A program made the position numbers and the translations under genes. 64,000 bases of DNA, from assembly GCA_020184695.1 (NCBI GenBank), contig JAANOX010000087.1, forward strand, positions 372,001 through 436,000, written 5' to 3'. This document shows, one piece after another, positions 54,280 to 64,000 of the stretch. The notes beneath the pieces were generated by a model that did no database searches, was not told the origin of the DNA, and saw nothing but the letters and a program-made list of their open reading frames with translations. The DNA comes from Histomonas meleagridis 2922-C6/04-290x (Eukaryota > Protista > Parabasalia). Every line of letters starts with the position of its first letter. Within the stretch, counting starts at the first letter, position 1.

Positions 54280-55890
54280 TTAGAATGTCAAACGTGCGAT
54301 CGATGCGTTTTCGATCAAATCGAATGAAACCAAAGGGCCCTCCAACTTTCTAATTTCATCTATCTTGAACTCAATCATTGTTGGCCTTTCTAATGAGCAT
54401 CCCCACGCCGCGACAGTGTACTCAGGTGGGATACCCATTGGCCCCAACATTTCTGGTCTAAACATTCCTGAGTTACCGACTTCGATCCATTTTCCTAACC
54501 CCGGATGATAAGCGAAGATTTCCATTGAAGGTTCAGTGTATGGGTTATACGCTGGCTTGAACTCTATCTCTGTAAGGCCTATTCGTGAGAAGAATTCCTT
54601 AATCAAACTCATAAGGTCGGCAAGTGAAGCGCCTTTTTTAATAACTAATCCTTCGATTTGGAAGAATTCTGCAAGATGTGTTGCGTCAAGTGTCTCGTTA
54701 CGATATACTCGATCGATGGAGAAATATCGACTTGGCTTCAGTACACCTGTTTTCTTATATTCGTCAGCAAGTTTCTTAAGGTAACGTGATGAAACTGCTG
54801 TCGTATGTGTGCGCATGATGTTCGTAAGAGGGACTTCTTCATCAAATTTATAGCGAAGACCAATAGAAACTCCATCACCTTTCTCGTGGACGTTTTTGAC
54901 ACGTTCAAAATATTCATGGTCGGAAATCTTCTTTGCATATTTCGGATCAGATATGAAAAATGTGTCTTGGATATCACGGCATGGATGTTGCTGACCTTGG
55001 AAAAGAGTATCAAAGTTCCAAAATGATGATTCAACCCAATGTGATGTATCCATTTCTTCAAATCCCATTTGAAGGAAGATTTGACGGAATTCATATCGAA
55101 TACGAAGAAGTGGATGTTCATGGCCACAATCAATCTTTGCTCCCATAGCTTCAAAGTTAAGTGGTGCAAATTCAACATCCTTCCATTCACCGCTTTTAAC
55201 CATTTTCTCGGTGAGTTCGGCAACAGGCTTTGGTACAAGGCTCATAGAAGGCTTGTATTTGACATCTTTGACAATGCCAAACCATTTTGTGGTGGTTGGA
55301 GCAACAAGCTTTCTACGATTAATAATTTCATCTGTGAACTTCTTGTCAACTTTAGATGAGTCCTTAACAAAAATGTTAAGCATTTCTTTGACTTTATCAT
55401 GTTCAAGATTTCCTGGTAAAACACATTTGCTCTTATCAACAGTAATGTAACCATGTTGCTTGGCGTTACCAAATGCTGTTACTGTTGGATCAGGACCAGA
55501 TCCTTTTTTGCCTTTCTTGTTTTTGTCATCTTGTGTTGGAATTGGCTTTGAATAACATGATGGAAGCTTCTGTGCAACAAGCTTCATTGCATCTTTAACA
55601 GATTGACCTGGGTTTTCAGAAATGATTTTACCAAAATAATATTCTGGGGTACCTTCAGTTGCATAAAGTTGACCTTCTTCAGTAAGAAAATAATCTGTTC
55701 GCGATTTGCCAACAAGTTTAATTAATTGTTTGCTTTCAAGAGAAACTAAGAATGAATGAAGATGTTGGTGATTTTCAACTAATCCTGGCTTATCATTTTG
55801 AATTTTCTTGAGAAGTTCAAGTGAATCACATTCTTCTATATCCTTTACAGCCGCAAGAATATAGTCTTCAACTTCGTTTTCGACCATCAT
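54280..55890 (-). CDS. FARSA: Phenylalanine--tRNA ligase alpha subunit (cytosolic type)
   Basis: GHEHPL, FWNFDTLFQGQQHPCRDIQDTF, MRTHTTAVS, YFSIDRVYRNETLDATHLAEFFQIEG, PAYNPYTEPSME, EVGNSGMFRPEM, WGCSLERPTMI. Confidence 0.97.
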   Translation of the reverse strand: MMVENEVEDYILAAVKDIEECDSLELLKKIQNDKPGLVENHQHLHSFLVSLESKQLIKLVGKSRTDYFLTEEGQLYATEGTPEYYFGKIISENPGQSVKDAMKLVAQKLPSCYSKPIPTQDDKNKKGKKGSGPDPTVTAFGNAKQHGYITVDKSKCVLPGNLEHDKVKEMLNIFVKDSSKVDKKFTDEIINRRKLVAPTTTKWFGIVKDVKYKPSMSLVPKPVAELTEKMVKSGEWKDVEFAPLNFEAMGAKIDCGHEHPLLRIRYEFRQIFLQMGFEEMDTSHWVESSFWNFDTLFQGQQHPCRDIQDTFFISDPKYAKKISDHEYFERVKNVHEKGDGVSIGLRYKFDEEVPLTNIMRTHTTAVSSRYLKKLADEYKKTGVLKPSRYFSIDRVYRNETLDATHLAEFFQIEGLVIKKGASLADLMSLIKEFFSRIGLTEIEFKPAYNPYTEPSMEIFAYHPGLGKWIEVGNSGMFRPEMLGPMGIPPEYTVAAWGCSLERPTMIEFKIDEIRKLEGPLVSFDLIENASIARLTF

Positions 55891-56519
55891 GTGTGTGGCC
55901 CGAAGCCAACAGAAAACCTATCGGCTATCTCAAAATATGAACAAGAAAAAAATTTAAATTTCTCTTTTTTTTTTTTTGCTGTAAATTTCAAAAAAGAAAT
56001 AATATAATGTTTAAACAATCATAAGGTTTATTATATTTTCACATAATTAATGTAAATTCCTCCTTTAAAAAAAAATTGAAATTATATGTCAACGAAAGAA
56101 ATTGTACATACGATTTTCTTTTTATTTAAAGTCCATAATTAACTGATGAAAAAGAAATCATCTTTTTTATAGTGTTTTATATTGGGCAGAAATCTCTTCA
56201 CAGAGACACATTAATTTTGTGGTGATTATTTAATAAAACACTTTATTTTTTAATAGAATTGCTGTTGGTGATTTTTAACTAATTGCAATGTTTTTTACAT
56301 GGAACTACCAGTAAATGTGTTTGAATTTCAAAAAAAATTAAGCTTGAATTTAATTTCAATTATTTATTAAAAAGTTATATTGTAATTCATTCAAAAAAAT
56401 TATCGATAATAAGCTATAGCTTTTTTTGAGTAATTTATCGATGACGATTAAATTTTGGTGAATTTCAAATTTATTTAACGGTCTTTGAATAGCCACGACC
56501 AATCCCGAAATTTTAATTC

Positions 56520-57605
56520 ATGAGCGAGGCGACAAGTGCTCCAGAAATTGCGACATCATCAGTTTTTGTGGACAGCGAAGTTGTTAATTCACCTGTTTGT
56601 AAAGGTTATGAATTTGATGCAGATAAAGATATTGATTTTGATGCTTTATTCAAATCTTATCTATATACTGGTTTCCAAGCAACTAACCTTGGTCTTGCGA
56701 TTGATCAAATTAATGAAATGCTTCACTTCAAATTTAAACCAGGAGAAGTTGATGAAAAAAAGATATATGGAATCGGCTGTCCAGAAGTCAAAACAAAACC
56801 ACGAGAATGTAAAATTTTTATGGGTATGACATCAAACATCATCAGTTGTGGTCTAAGAGAAATTGTAAAATTTATTGTTAAGCATAAAATGGTTGATGTT
56901 ATTGTTTGTTCAGCTGGAGGAATTGAAGAAGATTTAATCAAGTGCCTTGCGCCGACTCATTTAGGCCAGTTTGAGCTTGATGGTGCCAATCTTCGTAGCA
57001 GAGGTTTAAATCGTACTGGAAATCTTATAGTTCCAAACTCTAATTATTGTAAGTTCGAAGACTGGATCATGCCTATTTTCGACAAGATGCTTGAAGAACA
57101 AAAACAAGGCACCAAATGGACTCCATCGAAAATGATACATCGTCTTGGACTTGAAATCAATAACGAAGAATCTGTTTGGTATTGGGCAGCAAAAAACGAC
57201 ATTCATGTTTATTCGCCAGCCCTTACTGATGGATCGATTGGAGATATGTTATATTTCCATTCTTTTGAACATCCTGGTTTAATACTTGATATAGTAGCAG
57301 ACATCCGTGCAATGAATGATGAAGCTGTTTGGGCAAAGAAAACAGGTACAATCATCCTTGGTGGTGGAGTTATAAAACATCATATCATGAATGCAAATCT
57401 GTACCGAAATGGAGCAGACTTTTCTGTTTATATTAATACGAGCTCTGAATACGATGGAAGTGATTCTGGAGCAAGACCAGATGAAGCTGTTTCATGGGGT
57501 AAAATAGCAACCACAGCAAAACCGGTAAAGGTTTACGCAGAGGTAACTCTTGTTCTTCCAATTATTGTTGCTCAAACATTTTATAAATTTATTCGTGAAA
57601 AATAA
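56520..57605 (+). CDS. DHS: Deoxyhypusine synthase
   Basis: [85 protein letters not shown] (catalytic Lys present). Confidence 0.97.
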   Translation: MSEATSAPEIATSSVFVDSEVVNSPVCKGYEFDADKDIDFDALFKSYLYTGFQATNLGLAIDQINEMLHFKFKPGEVDEKKIYGIGCPEVKTKPRECKIFMGMTSNIISCGLREIVKFIVKHKMVDVIVCSAGGIEEDLIKCLAPTHLGQFELDGANLRSRGLNRTGNLIVPNSNYCKFEDWIMPIFDKMLEEQKQGTKWTPSKMIHRLGLEINNEESVWYWAAKNDIHVYSPALTDGSIGDMLYFHSFEHPGLILDIVADIRAMNDEAVWAKKTGTIILGGGVIKHHIMNANLYRNGADFSVYINTSSEYDGSDSGARPDEAVSWGKIATTAKPVKVYAEVTLVLPIIVAQTFYKFIREK

Positions 57606-57771
57606 AAATGAATATCTTTATACTGACATCCTTTGTTCATACAAACAGAGAATTTGCCAACAAAAAATGCCTTATTATGAGGGGTGCCCTTGTTTGATTC
57701 ACAATTTTTTGATAAATTTTTGGGTGACCACTTAAATTTGAAAAAAGTTTAAAACATCTTTTGCTGCACAA

Positions 57772-58698
57772 ATGGAAGACCCCATACGGAAAACTTATTT
57801 CAATAAAGATGGAATTAAAAAAATCACATTTGTTCAAAAAATTGGAGGAGATAATGATTCATATTCAGTTGTATACAAAGCTAACTATGAAAATTCTCAA
57901 GTTGCCATAAAGCTAATAAAAAATACCCAAGACAACCTACAAACTTTCCACAATGAGTACAATGCTTTAACGATGTTTGGTAAATGTGATTACATAATTG
58001 ATTTTATTGATATAATTCAATCCACAGATGCCACCTATTTGGGGATCATTACTGATTTGCAAGGTGGGAATCTTCTTGAAAATGTTGGAATTAACCAACA
58101 TTTTGATGAAAAAACGGCAGCTATAATAATGTATCAACTTCTACAAGCTATAGATACTCTTCACCAGAAAGGTGTAGTTCATCGAAATATCAATTTAAAC
58201 AATGTTTTGATATCAAATTATGGAAATTATCCATTTATTCGATTAACAGGTTTCTCAATAGCTGCTGATGCAACCCAATCTAATTCTATTCGACAACAAC
58301 TCGGAGTTCCATTGTATTGGGCTCCTGAAATTGTTCGTAATGAAACATACTCTTATTCTGTTGACATTTGGGCTGCCGGAGTTATCATGTATTACATATT
58401 AACAGGTTTTGTTCCATTTAATCCATTTGATCAAAGTGTTATGTTTCAACAAATTGTCAATGGAATTAAAATTGATTCATTTCCATCCAATCCCCCAATT
58501 TCGAATGAAGCCAAAGACTTAATCTTAAAAATGTTGGATATAAATCCTTTTAATAGAGTAACAGCTAGAGAAGCTCTCAACCACCCATGGTTTGATAATT
58601 ATGTTCCATATATCGCCTCGCAGCTCAAAAATAAAATTAGTAACTCTTATGAAGATACTGGTTTCGATGACGATGGGTATTTTCTATATGACTTTTAA
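57772..58698 (+). CDS. CAMK-like protein kinase fold, probable pseudokinase (copy 1)
   Basis: VAIK, APE and DIWAAG are present, but HRD is HRN and DFG is TGF. Confidence 0.85.
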   Translation: MEDPIRKTYFNKDGIKKITFVQKIGGDNDSYSVVYKANYENSQVAIKLIKNTQDNLQTFHNEYNALTMFGKCDYIIDFIDIIQSTDATYLGIITDLQGGNLLENVGINQHFDEKTAAIIMYQLLQAIDTLHQKGVVHRNINLNNVLISNYGNYPFIRLTGFSIAADATQSNSIRQQLGVPLYWAPEIVRNETYSYSVDIWAAGVIMYYILTGFVPFNPFDQSVMFQQIVNGIKIDSFPSNPPISNEAKDLILKMLDINPFNRVTAREALNHPWFDNYVPYIASQLKNKISNSYEDTGFDDDGYFLYDF

Positions 58699-59092
58699 AA
58701 CTTTTCACTTAATAAAATTTTTCATTAATTTTATACAGAAATCTGAAGTTTGATTTCCAATGGGCAACTTTTAATGGCCATATGTAGCATAATAATTTAA
58801 ATTAAAATCTGATTTACATCACAGATGAATACAAATTTAGAAATTGTTTAGATCACGCATGATTAATAATTCAGCTGGAAATTAATTTGATAATTGGGTA
58901 GAACAAAATTAAGCACCTCAACTGAATCAATGTTTGAAGCATGCTTACGCAAATTAAATCATGTCAGATTTCTTTTGTTTCTCCAGTTGGCAAATTCTCA
59001 TTGGCGTTTGAGTTGATTTTGATCGTATCCTTTCAGAAATTTTTTTTTTGTGCCAAATTCTTTATTCAAAAGCACAACTTAATTCCTACAAA

Positions 59093-60049
59093 ATGATGGA
59101 AGACCCTGCCTTCAAGGACTATTGTGATACAAATGGTTTCTTATTAACACCACGTAGCCTCAAATTTTACAAAGTTATTGGAAATATAAATGGTAATTCG
59201 TATTCAATAGTATATAAAGGCGTTTTTCTTAATTCTCAAGTTGCTGTTAAATTCATAAGAAATGACAAAGAATATGTACCTTATATCAACAATGAGATTT
59301 TTACTTTGAAGAAACTTAAGGAAATTGATAATAATTACATAATTGAGTTTCTTGCTGAAATAAAATCCATAGATGGCACATATGTTGGAATTATTACTGA
59401 TTTACAAGATGGAGATCTTCTTGAAAATGTTGGGATTAACCAATATTTTGACGAAAAAATGGGATGTCAAATAATGTATCAACTTCTACATGCCATAGAT
59501 GCTCTTCATCAGCAAGGTATAGTCCATAGAAACATCAATTTAAATAATGTTCTATTATCAAATTCTGGAAATTTTAATTTTATTCGATTAACAGGTTTCT
59601 CAATAGCTGCTGATGCAACCCAATCTAATTCTATTCGACAACAACTCGGAGTTCCATTGTATTGGGCTCCTGAAATTGTTCGTAATGAAACATACTCTTA
59701 TTCTGTTGACATTTGGGCTGCCGGAGTTATCATGTATTACATATTAACAGGTTTTGTTCCATTTAATCCATTTGATCAAAGTGTTATGTTTCAACAAATT
59801 GTCAATGGAATTAAAATTGATTCATTTCCATCCAATCCCCCAATTTCGAATGAAGCCAAAGACTTAATCTTAAAAATGTTGGATACAAATCCTTTTAATA
59901 GAGTAACAGCTAGAGAAGCTCTCAACCACCCATGGATCAAAAATAACTATGTATCATATGATTATGATCTTAAAAGTGATCAGGCCAGGCAACATAAAAA
60001 TGATAATTTTGGATTTTGGTTCCCTGAATTCCCTTATATCGACGAATAA
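59093..60049 (+). CDS. CAMK-like protein kinase fold, probable pseudokinase (copy 2, tandem paralog)
   Basis: VAVK, HRN, TGF, APE. ATG at 59093. The C-lobe coding sequence is nearly identical to copy 1. Confidence 0.85.
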   Translation: MMEDPAFKDYCDTNGFLLTPRSLKFYKVIGNINGNSYSIVYKGVFLNSQVAVKFIRNDKEYVPYINNEIFTLKKLKEIDNNYIIEFLAEIKSIDGTYVGIITDLQDGDLLENVGINQYFDEKMGCQIMYQLLHAIDALHQQGIVHRNINLNNVLLSNSGNFNFIRLTGFSIAADATQSNSIRQQLGVPLYWAPEIVRNETYSYSVDIWAAGVIMYYILTGFVPFNPFDQSVMFQQIVNGIKIDSFPSNPPISNEAKDLILKMLDTNPFNRVTAREALNHPWIKNNYVSYDYDLKSDQARQHKNDNFGFWFPEFPYIDE

Positions 60050-60346
60050 AAATTTAAATCATAATAAGAATCATTTCTGTTTCTTTAAATTTGCTAAGTA
60101 GTCTGTAGGGCCAATTTTTTTGCCTATTCTACTTGTGGAACTCCTTCATGCGTAACATTAAGGAAAAGTGACCAAATATTACTGTCACTTTTCCCCATAC
60201 AAAATATGTACGTTAAGGCAAAACACGTTAATGTACGCTTATTTTTCATCCGACAGTTTAAAGTGACACTATCACACGTTTATTGCTGTAATCAATTTTC
60301 CATTGTTATAAGTAAAGCTAGCAAAAAGTTATCATATAACATTTAC

Positions 60347-61600
60347 ATGGTGAACATTTGCAGAATTGAACTTTTCTACACACTCGTCATCTTATTCGGT
60401 TCTATTACATTTGGGCATGTTATGGCATATTTTAGCCCAGCAGAGCGTGGAATTAAAGTAGACCTGGATCTAAATGAAACCTTATTAACAGTTTTTAATA
60501 CATTAGCATCCATTGGTGCCATTTTTGGTGGTAGCTTAATGAATATTTTTGTTACAAAATTCGGAAGAAAATATCCACTTTTTGTTACTGCAATTATATC
60601 TTTCATTTCCTGGCTCTGTCTTGCTATTACTCGGAAAAGTTTTTACTGGCTAGCCTTTATCGCTAGATGTATTTGTGGTGTTGCCATTGGGGCTTTCAGT
60701 CAAGTTTGTCCCATGTACATTACTGAATTAGCTCCAGATGAACTTCGTGGAGCTTTTGGTGCTATGAATCAATTAGGTGTTACAACTGGTTCATGTCTTA
60801 CATATATGTGGGGTATCTTTTTTGAGTGGCGAACCATTGCCTATATTTCATTAATTCCATCAGGACTTCTAATCATTCTTATTTGGTTTGTTAAAGAATC
60901 CCCAGTATATGAGCGACAAAAGAACCAATATAATGACCTTGAAAACAACAAATCCGAATCGCTTTTCCAAAGAAAATTTATCCTTCCACTTCTAACATCC
61001 TTTTTATTAATGTTCTTCCAACAGTTCTCAGGCTGTAATGCCCTTCTATCCAACCTCGAGACGATCTTTAAGGATTCCGGCTCATCGATCAGTCCTAAAG
61101 TTGCGTCTTTCCTTGTCGGCTTAGCCGGGTTTGTATCCACTGCCATCTCGACATTCCTTGTTGAGAAGCTCGGTCGTAAGCCCTCGTGGCTTTTGTCATC
61201 CGCGAGTCAGTGCGTGCTATTAATTCTCGCTGCTGTTAACCAAAAGTTGCAACTTTCGGCAGTAATTCCCGTGATATGTCTCTTCTTGAATAACTTCGCG
61301 TTCGGTCTCGGCTTAGGCCCTATCCCATGGTTCTACATACCGGAGTTCTTCCCCGACAGCGTGCGTTCGTTGGTGTGCTCAATAATGACCGCAGTGAACT
61401 GGATCTTTGTGTCCATTGTAATGTTCGCGTGGCCATCGATGAGAGACTCAATGGGTTACTTCGGAGCATTTCTGTTCTACGCGGCCATTTTGTTGGCTTC
61501 TTCACTATTCGCAATCTTCATGCTGAAGGAAACAAAGGGGACAAAGATGGGAGGCGAAATAGATGTATCTATGATTGAAGATAATGATCATACAAATTAA
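60347..61600 (+). CDS. MFS sugar porter (GLUT-like)
   Basis: GRK loop, PMYITELAP..LRG, NQL, ESP, FFQQFSGCN, VEKLGRK, GLGPIPW..IPEFFP, KETKG. ATG at 60347. Confidence 0.93.
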   Translation: MVNICRIELFYTLVILFGSITFGHVMAYFSPAERGIKVDLDLNETLLTVFNTLASIGAIFGGSLMNIFVTKFGRKYPLFVTAIISFISWLCLAITRKSFYWLAFIARCICGVAIGAFSQVCPMYITELAPDELRGAFGAMNQLGVTTGSCLTYMWGIFFEWRTIAYISLIPSGLLIILIWFVKESPVYERQKNQYNDLENNKSESLFQRKFILPLLTSFLLMFFQQFSGCNALLSNLETIFKDSGSSISPKVASFLVGLAGFVSTAISTFLVEKLGRKPSWLLSSASQCVLLILAAVNQKLQLSAVIPVICLFLNNFAFGLGLGPIPWFYIPEFFPDSVRSLVCSIMTAVNWIFVSIVMFAWPSMRDSMGYFGAFLFYAAILLASSLFAIFMLKETKGTKMGGEIDVSMIEDNDHTN

Positions 61601-62097
61601 AATAATTAAATTATAAGTTAAACAGAACTATGAAACCAAATGTTTATGTTTCAATCTGTTGCATAACAACATTCGGTTCGATTTATTCGGTAAAATATGG
61701 AAATTGTGCTTTGTGTTAATGTGATGTGTCTGACCGATAGGGAAATTGATTGGCAATTGAGCAACAAACGATTGTTCCCCATTCAATTTTTGAATACACA
61801 TTAGTAGTGCTGAGCTATCCAATGCTTATAAATATAATTCCATAAAAAAAATTATTAATTGCTTTGTGATAACCAAACACTTTCATTGAAATAATATATT
61901 TATATAAAAATATATTGGGGTAACGATTAAAATTATTAATATAGCACTATCTACACAAGATACAACAAAAATTTATGTTTGATGAGACACAGCAAATTGC
62001 CGTCGTTCATTATGTACAAATAAATCAAAACAGTGAAAGAGTTCAATCATTAGCACACAGCGTATACTACAAAGTGAATTGCTGAAATGTTTCATCT

Positions 62098-64000
62098 TTA
62101 TTTAACCCTAAGGAGGAACGGCGGTGTTTCCACGTCGACATCGTTCTCATCGATACATGCGGCGTCGATTCTTATGAACTTCTGGCCTTCCTTCAGCGGC
62201 TCCTGGTTGAAGTCGCTCACCAAAATTTCGGATATTTTCCTGTTGAGTCTTTCCTGTGCCTTTTTAGTATCGAACGAAGCGTATAGGAGACCTCTTCCGA
62301 CAGATATCATATCGACAATGAGTGAATACTTCTCTTTAACAGCGTCAATGAATTGTTGCAATGTTAAATCTCCTTCGATAACCCATTTATCCCATAATGT
62401 ATATTTGATACCATTAGCAGCGCAAGTGAATTCTTGGCATTTAATTGGTTCACTTAAAGAGAACATATCAATTGCGAGGTTAATTGAGCCGAATCTAAAT
62501 TCTTCAATTGGTTTCTTATCGAGTGAATGAACTTTATACATTTCTAATGCTACAAGACCACAAATCATTGCAGTAGTCGTAGCAATTGCTGGAATGATCT
62601 TTCCGGCGATTCTCTTAATTTCGAGTTTATCAATTGGTGTAATTTGATAATTGATTGCACGAATATTCGCAGCTGCTGCAATGAAGTCCATATGGCCATT
62701 AGAGTCATCATCTTTTTCGAATTCTTCTGGATAAAGTTTAAGGTTTTGACCTAAAATAGGTTTAATTTCATTGACAAGTGTATCAATTTCATCGACATTT
62801 GATGGAAGTTCAGGTTCTTTTTGTTCATTGTTATCATCATCTAAAACGATCTTAGCTGAACTTGGTTTCCATGGAGCTACTTCGAATTGTGCTGCACGCT
62901 CTGGAATGTTAACATTTGCATCTGGTTGAATTCCATAAATTCGTGCGCGGATTATTGATGCAGCTATAACAAACTCAGAATGATATTGATTATTAGGGTC
63001 GAATTCTGATGGTGTCGGATAACGCTTTGAACCTGTCCAAAATGGTAAACCTTCTTTAGTTACTGCATCTTCAGGGAATTGATTTTGTAAATCTCTAATT
63101 TTATAATTAAATAATTCTTCAAACTTATTACGCGCCCATTTAATACAATCATCGAAATTCTCACATTTGTTAGTGATGAACATTTCTTTAGCTGCTTCTA
63201 ATGTAGCTATAAGTGTTGCAGGTTCTGCATTACGCATTTTGTCAATATAATTTGGATCTGTTAATAATGAATTAACTGATTGTGGTTGTTGTTCAAATAA
63301 TCCTCCAAATACATCACGTGCCCACATACATGTATGGTCTATACATGATGGGAAATTATGTAATGTGCACATTGGGATACCTTTTTCTGGTGGATCTGGT
63401 TGTGAGCCATAACTTTCAGTCATGTCTGGCATAATGATTTGGTAATGTGCTTTAGGTCCTAATGTACCACTTTCTAATAATGGCTTACGATAGAAGACAC
63501 ATTGTTGATCAGAGTATAAACGTGTTTGAACATTATCTAATGCATTACATACACCACTTAATGCTTCATAAAAGTCATCATTATATATGGCTGCTGTCTC
63601 AGGGCCAATTCTATTTTGTTGTGGTTCTATCCTTAATTCATTATTCATTGCTAATACTGCAGTTGCTGCTGCATCTGATTTCATTTTACCAATGTCAGAA
63701 TTACGGAATAAGAATTGTCGATTTAAGTTGGATCGTTCAATGTTATCCATATCTGTTAAAAAGACTTTTCCATTTCCTTTTGTCGCTACGCCCATCAATG
63801 CCCAATTCTTAAGTTGTTCACATCCTAATGCGCCAGCACCAATCATAAAGTAGCGAAGGTTTTGCATGACTTCTTGTTGTTCATTACCAAAGACTAATCG
63901 ATATGGATCATAACGATCATTTTGTGGTACATATTTAATTTCTTTTGGTAATGATTCAACATATCCAACACCCATAAATTGTTTAAGTGGTGTAAACTTA
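62098..64000 (-). CDS. UBA1: Ubiquitin-activating enzyme E1 (5' end outside the window)
   Basis: GAGALGCE, DMDNIERSNLNRQFLFR, ALDNVQTR, LLESGTLG, PMCTLHNFP (catalytic Cys), FEKDDDSNGH, IAGKIIPAIATTTA. The frame is open to the window edge. Confidence 0.96.
   Translation of the reverse strand, partial: KFTPLKQFMGVGYVESLPKEIKYVPQNDRYDPYRLVFGNEQQEVMQNLRYFMIGAGALGCEQLKNWALMGVATKGNGKVFLTDMDNIERSNLNRQFLFRNSDIGKMKSDAAATAVLAMNNELRIEPQQNRIGPETAAIYNDDFYEALSGVCNALDNVQTRLYSDQQCVFYRKPLLESGTLGPKAHYQIIMPDMTESYGSQPDPPEKGIPMCTLHNFPSCIDHTCMWARDVFGGLFEQQPQSVNSLLTDPNYIDKMRNAEPATLIATLEAAKEMFITNKCENFDDCIKWARNKFEELFNYKIRDLQNQFPEDAVTKEGLPFWTGSKRYPTPSEFDPNNQYHSEFVIAASIIRARIYGIQPDANVNIPERAAQFEVAPWKPSSAKIVLDDDNNEQKEPELPSNVDEIDTLVNEIKPILGQNLKLYPEEFEKDDDSNGHMDFIAAAANIRAINYQITPIDKLEIKRIAGKIIPAIATTTAMICGLVALEMYKVHSLDKKPIEEFRFGSINLAIDMFSLSEPIKCQEFTCAANGIKYTLWDKWVIEGDLTLQQFIDAVKEKYSLIVDMISVGRGLLYASFDTKKAQERLNRKISEILVSDFNQEPLKEGQKFIRIDAACIDENDVDVETPPFLLRVK

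Noticed and set aside
34570-57605. Functional clustering of translation genes (WDR6-like, tRNA, PheRS, DHS)
   Set aside because: They are interspersed with unrelated genes over 23 kb, which is compatible with chance.
7599-63853. Numerous short ORFs antisense to or nested in long genes (e.g. 7599-7949, 42733-43095, 54738-55238, 62087-62530)
   Set aside because: These are shadow ORFs of recognised genes with no independent motifs.

Overview
Very AT-rich, gene-dense eukaryotic DNA, most likely from a parabasalid protist (trichomonad, Tritrichomonas or Histomonas-like). That assignment is inferred from the DUF3447-ankyrin family, a BspA-like remnant, apparently intron-free housekeeping genes and very short intergenic gaps. 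Housekeeping genes include a BEACH protein, a PPP phosphatase, an importin-alpha-like ARM protein, a CBM20-GH77 glucanotransferase, a WDR6-like protein, a TBC Rab-GAP, a Dbp2/p68 helicase, a Cdc15-like kinase, PheRS alpha, deoxyhypusine synthase, two CAMK-like pseudokinases, a sugar MFS transporter and ubiquitin E1. There is also a tRNA-Ile(GAU), a decayed non-LTR retrotransposon and several pseudogenes. The most striking observation concerns four DUF3447-ankyrin genes and two truncated relatives. Their C-terminal ankyrin modules (87-90 nt each) are intact, but every module is separated from the next, at the same position just before the TAL/TPL motif, by a 40-320 nt T-rich spacer. These spacers break the reading frame or contain stops and have no usable GT-AG ends. 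Most are exact multiples of 20 nt. They look like an unrecognised class of intervening sequence (non-canonical intron, translational bypass or DNA-level cassette system). Spacer lengths and GC values were counted by hand.
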